Notes: generated by a model not told the origin, from the letters alone. DNA of 64,000 nt from an uncultured cyanobacterium (GCA_963744145.1 CAVUSO010000001.1:832001-896000); one strand, 5' to 3'; shown: positions 31,201-44,679, counted from the first letter of the stretch. A program made the numbers and translations.

Positions 31201-34200
31201 AAACCATTGTGTAACTAACTGTGTAAAGTAGGATAATCATACTTTCTCAATACTGAATCCCGGCAACGGGACTGAAACATGTCCACTATTTCTCAAGAAA
31301 GGAGATTAGTATGTCTAGCTTTCTCAATACTGAATCCCGGCAACGGGACTGAAACCATTAATAGCTATTGAAGTCCCCTTAGTAAGTACAGCCTTTCTCA
31401 ATACTGAATCCCGGCAACGGGACTGAAACTCGTTAGTAAGGTTTTCTCACGTTACGAGTCAAATCTTTCTCAATACTGAATCCCGGCAACGGGACTGAAA
31501 CATATCGTTTTAATAATCCTGCATCATATAGAACGACTTTCTCAATACTGAATCCCGGCAACGGGACTGAAACGTCATAGGGTATCTACATAAGATATAC
31601 ATTATGTAGCTCTTTCTCAATACTGAATCCCGGCAACGGGACTGAAACTTTTATTAGTTTGTTCTACTTGTTCAGGTTCTTGTTCCTTTCTCAATACTGA
31701 ATCCCGGCAACGGGACTGAAACAGATACTAAAGATTTGGAGATAGACATGATAAAAACCTCTTTCTCAATACTGAATCCCGGCAACGGGACTGAAACGCT
31801 ATTTATCCCTATACCAGAATATTAGGTGTATAGCTTTCTCAATACTGAATCCCGGCAACGGGACTGAAACTTTTAGTAAATCAGTAATGTTGAGTTTTCC
31901 ACAACTTTCTCAATACTGAATCCCGGCAACGGGACTGAAACGCTCTATATATTGTTTATTTAAACGTTCATGTAAGGATAACCAACACCGCTTTCTCAAT
32001 ACTGAATCCCGGCAACGGGACTGAAACCATAATATATATGAGGAATATAACATTTAATTTTTTGAATCTTTCTCAATACTGAATCCCGGCAACGGGACTG
32101 AAACAAGTTAATTTAACTGATCCGCGAACAAATATTATTACTACTTTCTCAATACTGAATCCCGGCAACGGGACTGAAACTAGATTCTTCTAGATTATCT
32201 ATGGAATCTATTAATGACTTTCTCAATACTGAATCCCGGCAACGGGACTGAAACATCTATCTAGACGTTCATCACCATCTAGTTCTATCACTTTCTCAAT
32301 ACTGAATCCCGGCAACGGGACTGAAACGTTGAGAAAGCATACTGCTCTATCTGTAGGAATATTAAACTTTTTACACTTTCTCAATACTGAATCCCGGCAA
32401 CGGGACTGAAACGATCTCAAACCCAGATTTAAGTCTGATTCTATTAAAAGCTTTCTCAATACTGAATCCCGGCAACGGGACTGAAACTTTTTAAAAAATT
32501 TATTCATTATCCATGCCGAAGCTTTCTCAATACTGAATCCCGGCAACGGGACTGAAACTTCCCAGGTCCTGGTTTGAGCAGGTCGAATACTTCTTTCTCA
32601 ATACTGAATCCCGGCAACGGGACTGAAACAACCTTGCATGAATTTGGTTAATAGCCTTAACTGGCTTCTTTCTCAATACTGAATCCCGGCAACGGGACTG
32701 AAACATCACTTCTCCTAATCCTAACCCTATTCATCAAGTACTTTCTCAATACTGAATCCCGGCAACGGGACTGAAACCTGTCAATCCTTCAAAAGTTGGA
32801 TCTTGACAATCAAACTTTCTCAATACTGAATCCCGGCAACGGGACTGAAACCATTTTGTTCTCTAGCAATATTGATTTCTTCCCACTTTCTCAATACTGA
32901 ATCCCGGCAACGGGACTGAAACTTAAACTTTTTAATAGTATGACCAGACCGAATATTACTTTCTCAATACTGAATCCCGGCAACGGGACTGAAACAACCA
33001 TCCTAGATTAAGGATCTAGGAAGCTCGAATCTTTCTCAATACTGAATCCCGGCAACGGGACTGAAACAATGGATGATATAGCACAGCCTATCCTACGAGA
33101 TAGGCTTTCTCAATACTGAATCCCGGCAACGGGACTGAAACATGTCAAAATGACCGGATTCAATCGCCATTAACGCTTCTTTCTCAATACTGAATCCCGG
33201 CAACGGGACTGAAACATTCCTAAGCAAACTTTTTTGTCGTCATCGGGCAACTTTCTCAATACTGAATCCCGGCAACGGGACTGAAACTTCTTATGTTGAC
33301 TTAAGAATACATAGAGAGACTCTACTTTCTCAATACTGAATCCCGGCAACGGGACTGAAACTAGATACCCTTGCAAAGCTCCGTTAGTTCTACTACTTTC
33401 TCAATACTGAATCCCGGCAACGGGACTGAAACTTTACTTGAATCGTTTTTTTCGGAAGTTCAAGAACCTTTCTCAATACTGAATCCCGGCAACGGGACTG
33501 AAACTCACGGCCAGTGGCTCCGGTAAAGTCGGAGTTTTTTCTCAACTTTCTCAATACTGAATCCCGGCAACGGGACTGAAACATTTAAACCTAGTTTTTG
33601 GGAGTATTTCTGTTGCGGTTCTTTCTCAATACTGAATCCCGGCAACGGGACTGAAACTTCTGATTCATCTTTAATTTCTAATTCTTCATCTTTCTCAATA
33701 CTGAATCCCGGCAACGGGACTGAAACTCATTTTGCTCAAGGAAAAACTGCGCTAGCTCGATATGACCACTTTCTCAATACTGAATCCCGGCAACGGGACT
33801 GAAACGAGAGCGCGTTGCAAATTGATTCATACTCAAACTCGTCTTTCTCAATACTGAATCCCGGCAACGGGACTGAAACTTCCATCGTAATTTTCTGGGG
33901 TATAAACTTTGACTTTCTCAATACTGAATCCCGGCAACGGGACTGAAACCCATGTTAGTTGGACTTGGGAAGAAATCAATATCTTTCTCAATACTGAATC
34001 CCGGCAACGGGACTGAAACTTCCTATCCCTAATTCGTACAGGGGATTATATAGTTGATCTTTCTCAATACTGAATCCCGGCAACGGGACTGAAACATTCT
34101 GTTTCTAAAATCACTGGGATTGATAACGCCACTTTCTCAATACTGAATCCCGGCAACGGGACTGAAACATGAGAAGCGGGTAGATGTTCAATCTCTATTG

Positions 34201-37200
34201 ATTCAACTTTCTCAATACTGAATCCCGGCAACGGGACTGAAACTCCGAAAGCCACTGTATCCGTAACTCCAACCTGATTCCTTTCTCAATACTGAATCCC
34301 GGCAACGGGACTGAAACAACCATACCAGAGTTTTCCACCATAAACCCACGTTAGAAGAATGCTTTCTCAATACTGAATCCCGGCAACGGGACTGAAACAT
34401 ATTAAATGCAATCTGATTTGCAAGGGCAGACTTTCCTTTCTCAATACTGAATCCCGGCAACGGGACTGAAACAACAAAAAATGGATACCCAAGAAGCTGG
34501 AATTGTTGTAAAGCTTTCTCAATACTGAATCCCGGCAACGGGACTGAAACATTTGCCAATGAACGATTTTTACTAATTTGTTACTGCTCGGGACTTTCTC
34601 AATACTGAATCCCGGCAACGGGACTGAAACATCGACCCAGCAAGCAATAGCCCTTTACCAGCGTCTTTCTCAATACTGAATCCCGGCAACGGGACTGAAA
34701 CAACGACGACTAGAAATGATGAAGAAAATTTATTATACTTTCTCAATACTGAATCCCGGCAACGGGACTGAAACTAAACATAAACATCAGAAAAAGGTGT
34801 TACTGGATTAGCCTTTCTCAATACTGAATCCCGGCAACGGGACTGAAACGTTGGCCAAAAGCATCTTGACCTTTAAGCGTATAATACTTTCTCAATACTG
34901 AATCCCGGCAACGGGACTGAAACGTCTCCGGGAATATCCCGGCAATGTAAAAACTCACAACTTTCTCAATACTGAATCCCGGCAACGGGACTGAAACTTG
35001 GATATAAATCGTTTTAGGCAGACATCTTCTACTTTCTCAATACTGAATCCCGGCAACGGGACTGAAACACCTGACTCATTTTGTATGATCTTTTGACCAG
35101 CTTTTACGCTTTCTCAATACTGAATCCCGGCAACGGGACTGAAACTAATTTCTTTGGGGCATCAATAAGGCTGACTGAAGTCAGCTTTCTCAATACTGAA
35201 TCCCGGCAACGGGACTGAAACATCAAGGGAACAAAACTACAGAAAAGTCAGGATCTTTCTCAATACTGAATCCCGGCAACGGGACTGAAACGCTAAATAG
35301 CTACCTGATAATCCTAGAAAGACTACTTTCTCAATACTGAATCCCGGCAACGGGACTGAAACTCTTCTGGAGTGAAGGTTTGTCCAACGATGCTAGCAAC
35401 TTTCTCAATACTGAATCCCGGCAACGGGACTGAAACATAAGAAAAATAAGGGAAAACTCAAAACCTTACACCTTTCTCAATACTGAATCCCGGCAACGGG
35501 ACTGAAACTCCATTAACGCTTCCTATGTCTTGGCGACATAAAACAACTTTCTCAATACTGAATCCCGGCAACGGGACTGAAACCCTTTTGAAGCAGTTGA
35601 AATAAATGGGCCAAAGGTGAACTTTCTCAATACTGAATCCCGGCAACGGGACTGAAACAAGCAGAAGAAATTGTGATCATAAATCCCAATATGATCTTTC
35701 TCAATACTGAATCCCGGCAACGGGACTGAAACGAGCAAATGTCTGAAAAAGAGATGCAGAATACTTTAAAAGCTTTCTCAATACTGAATCCCGGCAACGG
35801 GACTGAAACTAACGGTTGTCCCTATTTGGCAGTCCCAGCTTGCCAACTTTCTCAATACTGAATCCCGGCAACGGGACTGAAACCTGACGGAGAGGGATAT
35901 TTGGGCACACCTCCACAACCTTTCTCAATACTGAATCCCGGCAACGGGACTGAAACACAGAAAGAAGAAAGAATGCGCGATATCTCCTCCTTTCTCAATA
36001 CTGAATCCCGGCAACGGGACTGAAACTTGAATTTGCTAATCCTGCCGCTGGAATTGCGTTAGGAGCCTTTCTCAATACTGAATCCCGGCAACGGGACTGA
36101 AACTTTTCTAAACAAGACGATTTAAAATTTATCAACAATGCTTTCTCAATACTGAATCCCGGCAACGGGACTGAAACATAAGAAAGCGAAAGAGTAGACA
36201 TAGAAAACCTCACTTTCTCAATACTGAATCCCGGCAACGGGACTGAAACAAAAGACGGACTATATTCACTGTCCCCATCACAGTGAAGGCTTTCTCAATA
36301 CTGAATCCCGGCAACGGGACTGAAACATCGGATTGTTGAGCAAGTCATCTCTTTATCTAATCAGCTTTCTCAATACTGAATCCCGGCAACGGGACTGAAA
36401 CAAACTGCTTCTCTACCGGAGAATAGCTCAACATCGGCTTTCTCAATACTGAATCCCGGCAACGGGACTGAAACCGAAATGATAAATCCAATTGAATGGA
36501 AAGGCTTCTTCTTTCTCAATACTGAATCCCGGCAACGGGACTGAAACTCGGAGAATGCCGAGCAAGTATCTGTTGATATTGCTTTCTCAATACTGAATCC
36601 CGGCAACGGGACTGAAACAGTCTTAAAATCATCTACATCAATATTTTTCCAACTTTCTCAATACTGAATCCCGGCAACGGGACTGAAACTAATCCGACTC
36701 GCTCACACAAATTTAAGGTAAAACTTTCTCAATACTGAATCCCGGCAACGGGACTGAAACCTTGCAAAAGTCCCAATTGCCGGGCGATCGCAAATCTTTC
36801 TCAATACTGAATCCCGGCAACGGGACTGAAACCATTGTATTAGATGGCGGTGGAACGCCTCGACCGAGCTTTCTCAATACTGAATCCCGGCAACGGGACT
36901 GAAACAATAGTCGATTTGCTATGATGAAAGAGTGGATAAAAACTTTCTCAATACTGAATCCCGGCAACGGGACTGAAACTGCTAGTCATTAATTTACCCA
37001 TGATATTCATGATAAAGCTTTCTCAATACTGAATCCCGGCAACGGGACTGAAACATCATAGTGGCTTTTTGTAAATTAGTCCAACTGCCGCTTTCTCAAT
37101 ACTGAATCCCGGCAACGGGACTGAAACTTTAATGGAAATGAAACAGCGCAATATTCGCTAAATCTTTCTCAATACTGAATCCCGGCAACGGGACTGAAAC

Positions 37201-40200
37201 TGATACCCCAGTTTTTCTACTTGCTTAAGGATTGCGACTTTCTCAATACTGAATCCCGGCAACGGGACTGAAACGTTATAATACCCATTTATAAATGAAA
37301 CTCCACAGCTTTCTCAATACTGAATCCCGGCAACGGGACTGAAACTCTGAAGAAAAAAGTGCAATAAATCAATCATTGCTTCTTTCTCAATACTGAATCC
37401 CGGCAACGGGACTGAAACATGCAGCTAGTCCTCAAATTATTAAAATTGCAAGTACTTTCTCAATACTGAATCCCGGCAACGGGACTGAAACGGGCACAAA
37501 TTCTTGCCACAGACACAGCTCAATTAGTACTTTCTCAATACTGAATCCCGGCAACGGGACTGAAACTCTGTAAAAGTCCGGGGATGAGAAATAAGTGTAA
37601 GTATCTTTCTCAATACTGAATCCCGGCAACGGGACTGAAACAAGCCAATGAGATGAAAGGAATATCGCCCGATGATTTCTTTCTCAATACTGAATCCCGG
37701 CAACGGGACTGAAACGATTATGAATCACCTAAAACCCTTCATTTAAGAACTTTCTCAATACTGAATCCCGGCAACGGGACTGAAACATTCATAATCTACC
37801 GCTTCTTTTAAAACCCAAACTTCACCTCTTTCTCAATACTGAATCCCGGCAACGGGACTGAAACTATGTGGTCTCTTCATCCCATAGTTTAGTTAAATCC
37901 CCGACTTTCTCAATACTGAATCCCGGCAACGGGACTGAAACTATACAAATCCAAACTCATACTACCATTGTAATCCTAATTGCTTTCTCAATACTGAATC
38001 CCGGCAACGGGACTGAAACAAACTAACCTCCTCTTCTAGTTCGTCTGACAGTTCCCCTTTCTCAATACTGAATCCCGGCAACGGGACTGAAACATGTGTT
38101 GGAAGAGAAATATATTGAACAAATTCCGATCTTTCTCAATACTGAATCCCGGCAACGGGACTGAAACAAGCTTACCACGATTCGTGGTTGAAGCTTTCCA
38201 CCTTTCTCAATACTGAATCCCGGCAACGGGACTGAAACTTACTACACCACCCACAACACCTCTGCCACGATTGAGCTTTCTCAATACTGAATCCCGGCAA
38301 CGGGACTGAAACGAGAGCTGATCGCATCAATACCTAAGCTGATACCCTCTTTCTCAATACTGAATCCCGGCAACGGGACTGAAACGCCCAAATTGCAGGG
38401 CACCGCGATGGAAGGATGATCGTCTTTCTCAATACTGAATCCCGGCAACGGGACTGAAACGACTTAGCTTTTTTAGTTCCCGATCCACCACCGGACGGCA
38501 CAGCTTTCTCAATACTGAATCCCGGCAACGGGACTGAAACAAAGCAAAAAAACTTTTTTCTCGCAATTTAGCAACTTTCTCAATACTGAATCCCGGCAAC
38601 GGGACTGAAACACTATATGTAATTTATCTTCATATAATATAGTAAAAGCTTTCTCAATACTGAATCCCGGCAACGGGACTGAAACCAGTTAATGGCATCT
38701 CAAATGCTGTTGCTGCAATCAATCTTTCTCAATACTGAATCCCGGCAACGGGACTGAAACTTCCTGCAAATACCAGGTGAAGTGATGCGACTAGCTGCCT
38801 TTCTCAATACTGAATCCCGGCAACGGGACTGAAACTTGAGAAAGTTGTCCAGATTGAATCGCTCCAGTTATCGCTGTCTTTCTCAATACTGAATCCCGGC
38901 AACGGGACTGAAACGAGAGTCAAGTGTTAGTAATTGTCCTGGGTCAAGCTTTCTCAATACTGAATCCCGGCAACGGGACTGAAACAAGAATAAGCCAGAC
39001 AATTTATTACCGTTTTCTGCTTTCTCAATACTGAATCCCGGCAACGGGACTGAAACTGGCTGCGTTCATATTTTTCCTTATTAGCTAAGTCTTCTCTTTC
39101 TCAATACTGAATCCCGGCAACGGGACTGAAACACGTTCTAATGATGGATTTTGACTTTAAATCAATCTTTCTCAATACTGAATCCCGGCAACGGGACTGA
39201 AACGAATCAGCTCATTTTCAAGCAGCATGGAATGATCCGACTTTCTCAATACTGAATCCCGGCAACGGGACTGAAACCAGAAAAGCTTTTGAGCCGTTCG
39301 GGTTCGGGTTGAGGACTGCTTTCTCAATACTGAATCCCGGCAACGGGACTGAAACTTAGCCTGTTACGGCATGACTTACTACGGAAAGCAGCTTTCTCAA
39401 TACTGAATCCCGGCAACGGGACTGAAACTAATAGCACCGCTAGAATTTTGACCAGAATAAGGTGCTTTCTCAATACTGAATCCCGGCAACGGGACTGAAA
39501 CCGATAACGATGTTATCAATGCGCCAAGTTTGTCAGCTTTCTCAATACTGAATCCCGGCAACGGGACTGAAACTTCTGCACTGATATAGAATAAATCAGC
39601 ATCTTGTCCCTCTTTCTCAATACTGAATCCCGGCAACGGGACTGAAACGATCAGGGAAGATTTTCTTACCTTGCTCATGGTCTTGCTGCTTTCTCAATAC
39701 TGAATCCCGGCAACGGGACTGAAACCTGTTCTGGTAGGTTATCTCCCGGAACAATTTCTAAATCTTTCTCAATACTGAATCCCGGCAACGGGACTGAAAC
39801 TCACTCAGACGGTCTGGTGCGTCACTACCAGACATACCACTTTCTCAATACTGAATCCCGGCAACGGGACTGAAACTATTCATATAATCTTCTTCTATAA
39901 GATAATGATCTACAGCTTTCTCAATACTGAATCCCGGCAACGGGACTGAAACAATATCAAGATTAAATTGATCATCTACAGGATATCCGATCTTTCTCAA
40001 TACTGAATCCCGGCAACGGGACTGAAACTATAAGATTAAATATACACCTGTATGTTTACATCTAACTTTCTCAATACTGAATCCCGGCAACGGGACTGAA
40101 ACTTTGTTTCCCTACAACCATATAGGGAAACGGAGACAACTTTCTCAATACTGAATCCCGGCAACGGGACTGAAACAATTATAGTTAGGATATATAATTT

Positions 40201-43200
40201 TAGCCAGACTGCTTTCTCAATACTGAATCCCGGCAACGGGACTGAAACTATAGAAGATAGATTATAAGATTAGCTACATCTACCTTCTTTCTCAATACTG
40301 AATCCCGGCAACGGGACTGAAACGATTACTATATAGATACTCAACCATAGATGAGTAAGCTTTCTCAATACTGAATCCCGGCAACGGGACTGAAACAGCC
40401 TGTTTACAATTGCATTTACAAACTTAGGAATGCTTTCTCAATACTGAATCCCGGCAACGGGACTGAAACATACAGCTTCACTGATTGCTTCACTAAAACG
40501 TAACTTTCTCAATACTGAATCCCGGCAACGGGACTGAAACACTCAGCTATGCCAAACCATAGATGACACTGCGACAGCTTTCTCAATACTGAATCCCGGC
40601 AACGGGACTGAAACCGATCGCTGGGGGTCAACTAGGCGGCGAAATCGGAGCTTTCTCAATACTGAATCCCGGCAACGGGACTGAAACGGTAACTTTGCAA
40701 TACTTGATATCTGCCATTTTTTGCCGCTTTCTCAATACTGAATCCCGGCAACGGGACTGAAACGTATATTTTGAAGTTCCTAAGACATAAAATAAATCAC
40801 TTTCTCAATACTGAATCCCGGCAACGGGACTGAAACTTTACAATGGTGGACAATGATATTAAACAGAGGCTGCTTTCTCAATACTGAATCCCGGCAACGG
40901 GACTGAAACATTTAGCTACTTCAGCCTGCTCCCTTTTGGCATCTTTCTCAATACTGAATCCCGGCAACGGGACTGAAACTTTACAATTACTCCGGCGGCA
41001 AAACCAACAGCTCCACTTTCTCAATACTGAATCCCGGCAACGGGACTGAAACCCCTCCAGGGACTGAACCCAACAGACCTTTAATTTCCCGCTTTCTCAA
41101 TACTGAATCCCGGCAACGGGACTGAAACATATGCTGGAGCGGAAATTTAATCAGCAGATTTCGTTAGCTTTCTCAATACTGAATCCCGGCAACGGGACTG
41201 AAACACAGACGATCATTCTTATCAAACTCCAGACCGGCAGGACTTTCTCAATACTGAATCCCGGCAACGGGACTGAAACTCCAAAAAGAATCCTAAAAAA
41301 CCACCATCAATAACTTTCTCAATACTGAATCCCGGCAACGGGACTGAAACAAATTACGCCTTCTTCTGTTAGTGTAAACCCATTGACTTTCTCAATACTG
41401 AATCCCGGCAACGGGACTGAAACGACAAGTCTTTCAGGGACAATGTTGCCTATTTTCTCTTTCTCAATACTGAATCCCGGCAACGGGACTGAAACCTTTA
41501 GCTCATCTTGATACTCTTGTGTTTCTTGAAACTCAAACTTTCTCAATACTGAATCCCGGCAACGGGACTGAAACCTTCCTGAGACATATTTAAGTCTTCT
41601 CTTAGTTTTGCCAACTTTCTCAATACTGAATCCCGGCAACGGGACTGAAACAGATTCAGATCGTCAAGACGATCTAAATCTGAAATCCTTTCTCAATACT
41701 GAATCCCGGCAACGGGACTGAAACATCTTATCTAGATCACGATGACAAAACTCATACTTAACTTTCTCAATACTGAATCCCGGCAACGGGACTGAAACCA
41801 ATCTGTTTTTCAATTGCTACTCCGGACTTTTCCTTTCTCAATACTGAATCCCGGCAACGGGACTGAAACAATTCTTGAGTTTTGTTGCGATCGCATCGGT
41901 ACGCAACTTTCTCAATACTGAATCCCGGCAACGGGACTGAAACATGCGACTAGCTGCCACTATACAACCTGACGATACAGTCTTTCTCAATACTGAATCC
42001 CGGCAACGGGACTGAAACAGGAACTATTTTAAAGGCAAAAGTAGATCAGTTTTATCCTTTCTCAATACTGAATCCCGGCAACGGGACTGAAACATTGTCG
42101 CAATACTAGAAGTTCCCGCTGCCGTTCCCGCTTTCTCAATACTGAATCCCGGCAACGGGACTGAAACATAATGCAGTAAAAATTACTACTCCGAGAGCAT
42201 GGACAACTTTCTCAATACTGAATCCCGGCAACGGGACTGAAACCTCTCCTTCAGAAATCAACTGATCAATAGAAATATCAAGCTTTCTCAATACTGAATC
42301 CCGGCAACGGGACTGAAACCAGCAGGTTCTGAACCGGGAGGGGTTGGCGTTGGCGTTGGCTTTCTCAATACTGAATCCCGGCAACGGGACTGAAACATAA
42401 AGATAGAGAGCCATACGCTCTTACCCTTTCCCCTTCTTTCTCAATACTGAATCCCGGCAACGGGACTGAAACATGGATGACAGGGGGATAATATCGGCAG
42501 ATTTGGCCACTTTCTCAATACTGAATCCCGGCAACGGGACTGAAACAAACGGTTAAAGTCTATCGTGCTGCTTACGCTGCTTTCTCAATACTGAATCCCG
42601 GCAACGGGACTGAAACAACCCACTCCATTGGCCATGCCCGTGGAAATTTCTTCTCTTTCTCAATACTGAATCCCGGCAACGGGACTGAAACTGTTGCTTG
42701 GGGTTCCGATGGATGACTATCTAGTCATCTTTCTCAATACTGAATCCCGGCAACGGGACTGAAACATAATCTTCTTTATCAATTTCTTCCTGAATCTCCA
42801 AGCTTTCTCAATACTGAATCCCGGCAACGGGACTGAAACTTGTTGCGGTTGGTGAATGTTCTGGGGGCGGAAGGTTGGCTTTCTCAATACTGAATCCCGG
42901 CAACGGGACTGAAACTTATCGCTTAGATCGAAACCTTTTAAATGATCTAAACTTTCTCAATACTGAATCCCGGCAACGGGACTGAAACACTTGATTGCCT
43001 CCCGTAGCGGAAAATAATATTAAATCTTTCTCAATACTGAATCCCGGCAACGGGACTGAAACCAATTTGTTCCAGATTCGTAACCCGAATTGATCCTACT
43101 TTCTCAATACTGAATCCCGGCAACGGGACTGAAACTGATTTTAATCTCCGAAGTTGTTTGTGTCTTTCATCTTTCTCAATACTGAATCCCGGCAACGGGA

Positions 43201-43699
43201 CTGAAACAACAGTTCTTCATAAATTAATTCGATGCAGTCCTTAACTCCAGCTTTCTCAATACTGAATCCCGGCAACGGGACTGAAACGAGGAAAAAATGA
43301 TCCTACATATTCAGAAAATCAAACTTTCTCAATACTGAATCCCGGCAACGGGACTGAAACTTGTTCTTAGTTCATCGTGATTCTCTTGTCCCGCAGACTC
43401 AAACTTTCTCAATACTGAATCCCGGCAACGGGACTGAAACTCGCCTCCCACTTCTTCAGTGGCGTAGTTCCGTCCGACTTTCTCAATACTGAATCCCGGC
43501 AACGGGACTGAAACTTTGCAAGGGAAGTAAAAAATCTCAACAGGAACTTTCTTCTTTCTCAATACTGAATCCCGGCAACGGGACTGAAACTAACCGTCGG
43601 TAGCTATTCCACCATCTCTTAATGTGGCTTTCTCAATACTGAATCCCGGCAACGGGACTGAAACTTGTTTGAAGACAGAGTTTTGCTATCCGAACTTGT
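28258..43699 (+). CRISPR. Main CRISPR array, repeat CTTTCTCAATACTGAATCCCGGCAACGGGACTGAAAC (37 nt), about 208 repeats, spacers about 32-49 nt; type I-D-like
   Basis: Identical repeats from 28258 to 43664 (manual count about 208), hairpin TCCCG-GCAA-CGGGA and 3' GAAAC; resembles the Synechocystis 6803 CRISPR1 (I-D) repeat. Confidence 0.98.
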
Positions 43700-44448
43700 T
43701 GTCACTTGAACCATAAAATGGCAGCAGGGTAGAACCATAAAATGGCAGTAAAAATCGCTGAAATACTGATTATTGGGTTGAGGCTAAAAGCAATTGAGGG
43801 TGGGAACGGAAGCATAAAATGGCAGTAAGTACCAGAAAATGGCAGCATTATGTAGCAATAAATACAAATAACTAACTAATAGCCTTGAAAACCTCTGGTC
43901 AAAAGACTTCAGCGGAATTGTCATTTAAGAAGAGCAAATAGACAATTTACTCTGGAGCTGGGAAAATTGGGCAAGTGAATCGCCGAAAATCCTCAGTTAG
44001 ACATCAAAGATGATGACAGTGTTGATTTTCTGGCCAATTGAGCGGGGATTGAGCAGAAGAGTTCTTGTCGGCTGAAAAGCTTACCAATCAAAGACTTTAA
44101 AGATGATCCTAGAAAAACCAGAACCATAAAGTGGCAGTAAATCAAAAAATCATGAAAAAAAACGGGGGAATGGGAACAATTGTTCGCTTGAATAGAAATG
44201 TGTGACCCTAGAAAAAACACTGGGAATAAAGCAAAAATGGTAACAGGAGAAGAGTTGAGCAAATAGTCTGGGAACATCAAATCTCGGCAGGTTATAAGTT
44301 ACATAGTAAATTTCTCTTTCACCACCCTGGATAATTTGTACTGTCCCAAAATAATTTATACTTTCTCATCTTTGTGGAAGCATAAAGTGGCAGTATCCTA
44401 TTGGAAGCATAAAGTGGCAATTACTGCCATTTTATGGTTCAAGTGACA
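43700..44448. mobile_element. 749-bp non-autonomous transposon with 25-bp TGT..ACA terminal inverted repeats, inserted in the CRISPR array
   Basis: TGTCACTTGAACCATAAAATGGCAG (43700-43724) and its exact reverse complement (44424-44448); additional copies of a 17-bp motif inside; no transposase ORF. Confidence 0.85.
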
Positions 44449-44464
44449 ATAAGAAACTATGTTT

Positions 44465-44646
44465 CTTTCTCAATACTGAATCCCGGCAACGGGACTGAAA
44501 CTTATTCCCTAATAACCCTAGGGAATATTTTAACCAGCTTTCTCAATACTGAATCCCGGTAACGGGACTGATACCTCTCCACTCATCAGTTCGATCTTCA
44601 TTTCTAACACTTTCTCAATACTGAATCCCGGTAACGGGACTGATCC
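44465..44646 (+). CRISPR. Trailer part of the array: 3 repeats, progressively degenerate
   Basis: Perfect repeat at 44465; variants ...CCCGGTAACGGGACTGATAC at 44538 and ...GACTGATCC at 44610. Confidence 0.9.
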
Positions 44647-44679
44647 CAATTTCGTAAATTAGCACTACAGATAATTGCT

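Noticed and set aside
28166..43562. Dozens of short ORFs containing FQSRCRDSVLRK / VSVPLPGFSIEK
   Set aside because: Translations of the CRISPR repeat, not genes
43993..44280. 95-aa minus-strand ORF inside the inserted element as a possible transposase
   Set aside because: No DDE or HTH motif, low-complexity composition, too short; plus-strand frames are also interrupted
43690..44460. Target-site duplication around the 749-bp element
   Set aside because: Flanks CTTGT and ATAAG do not match at any length from 2 to 9 nt
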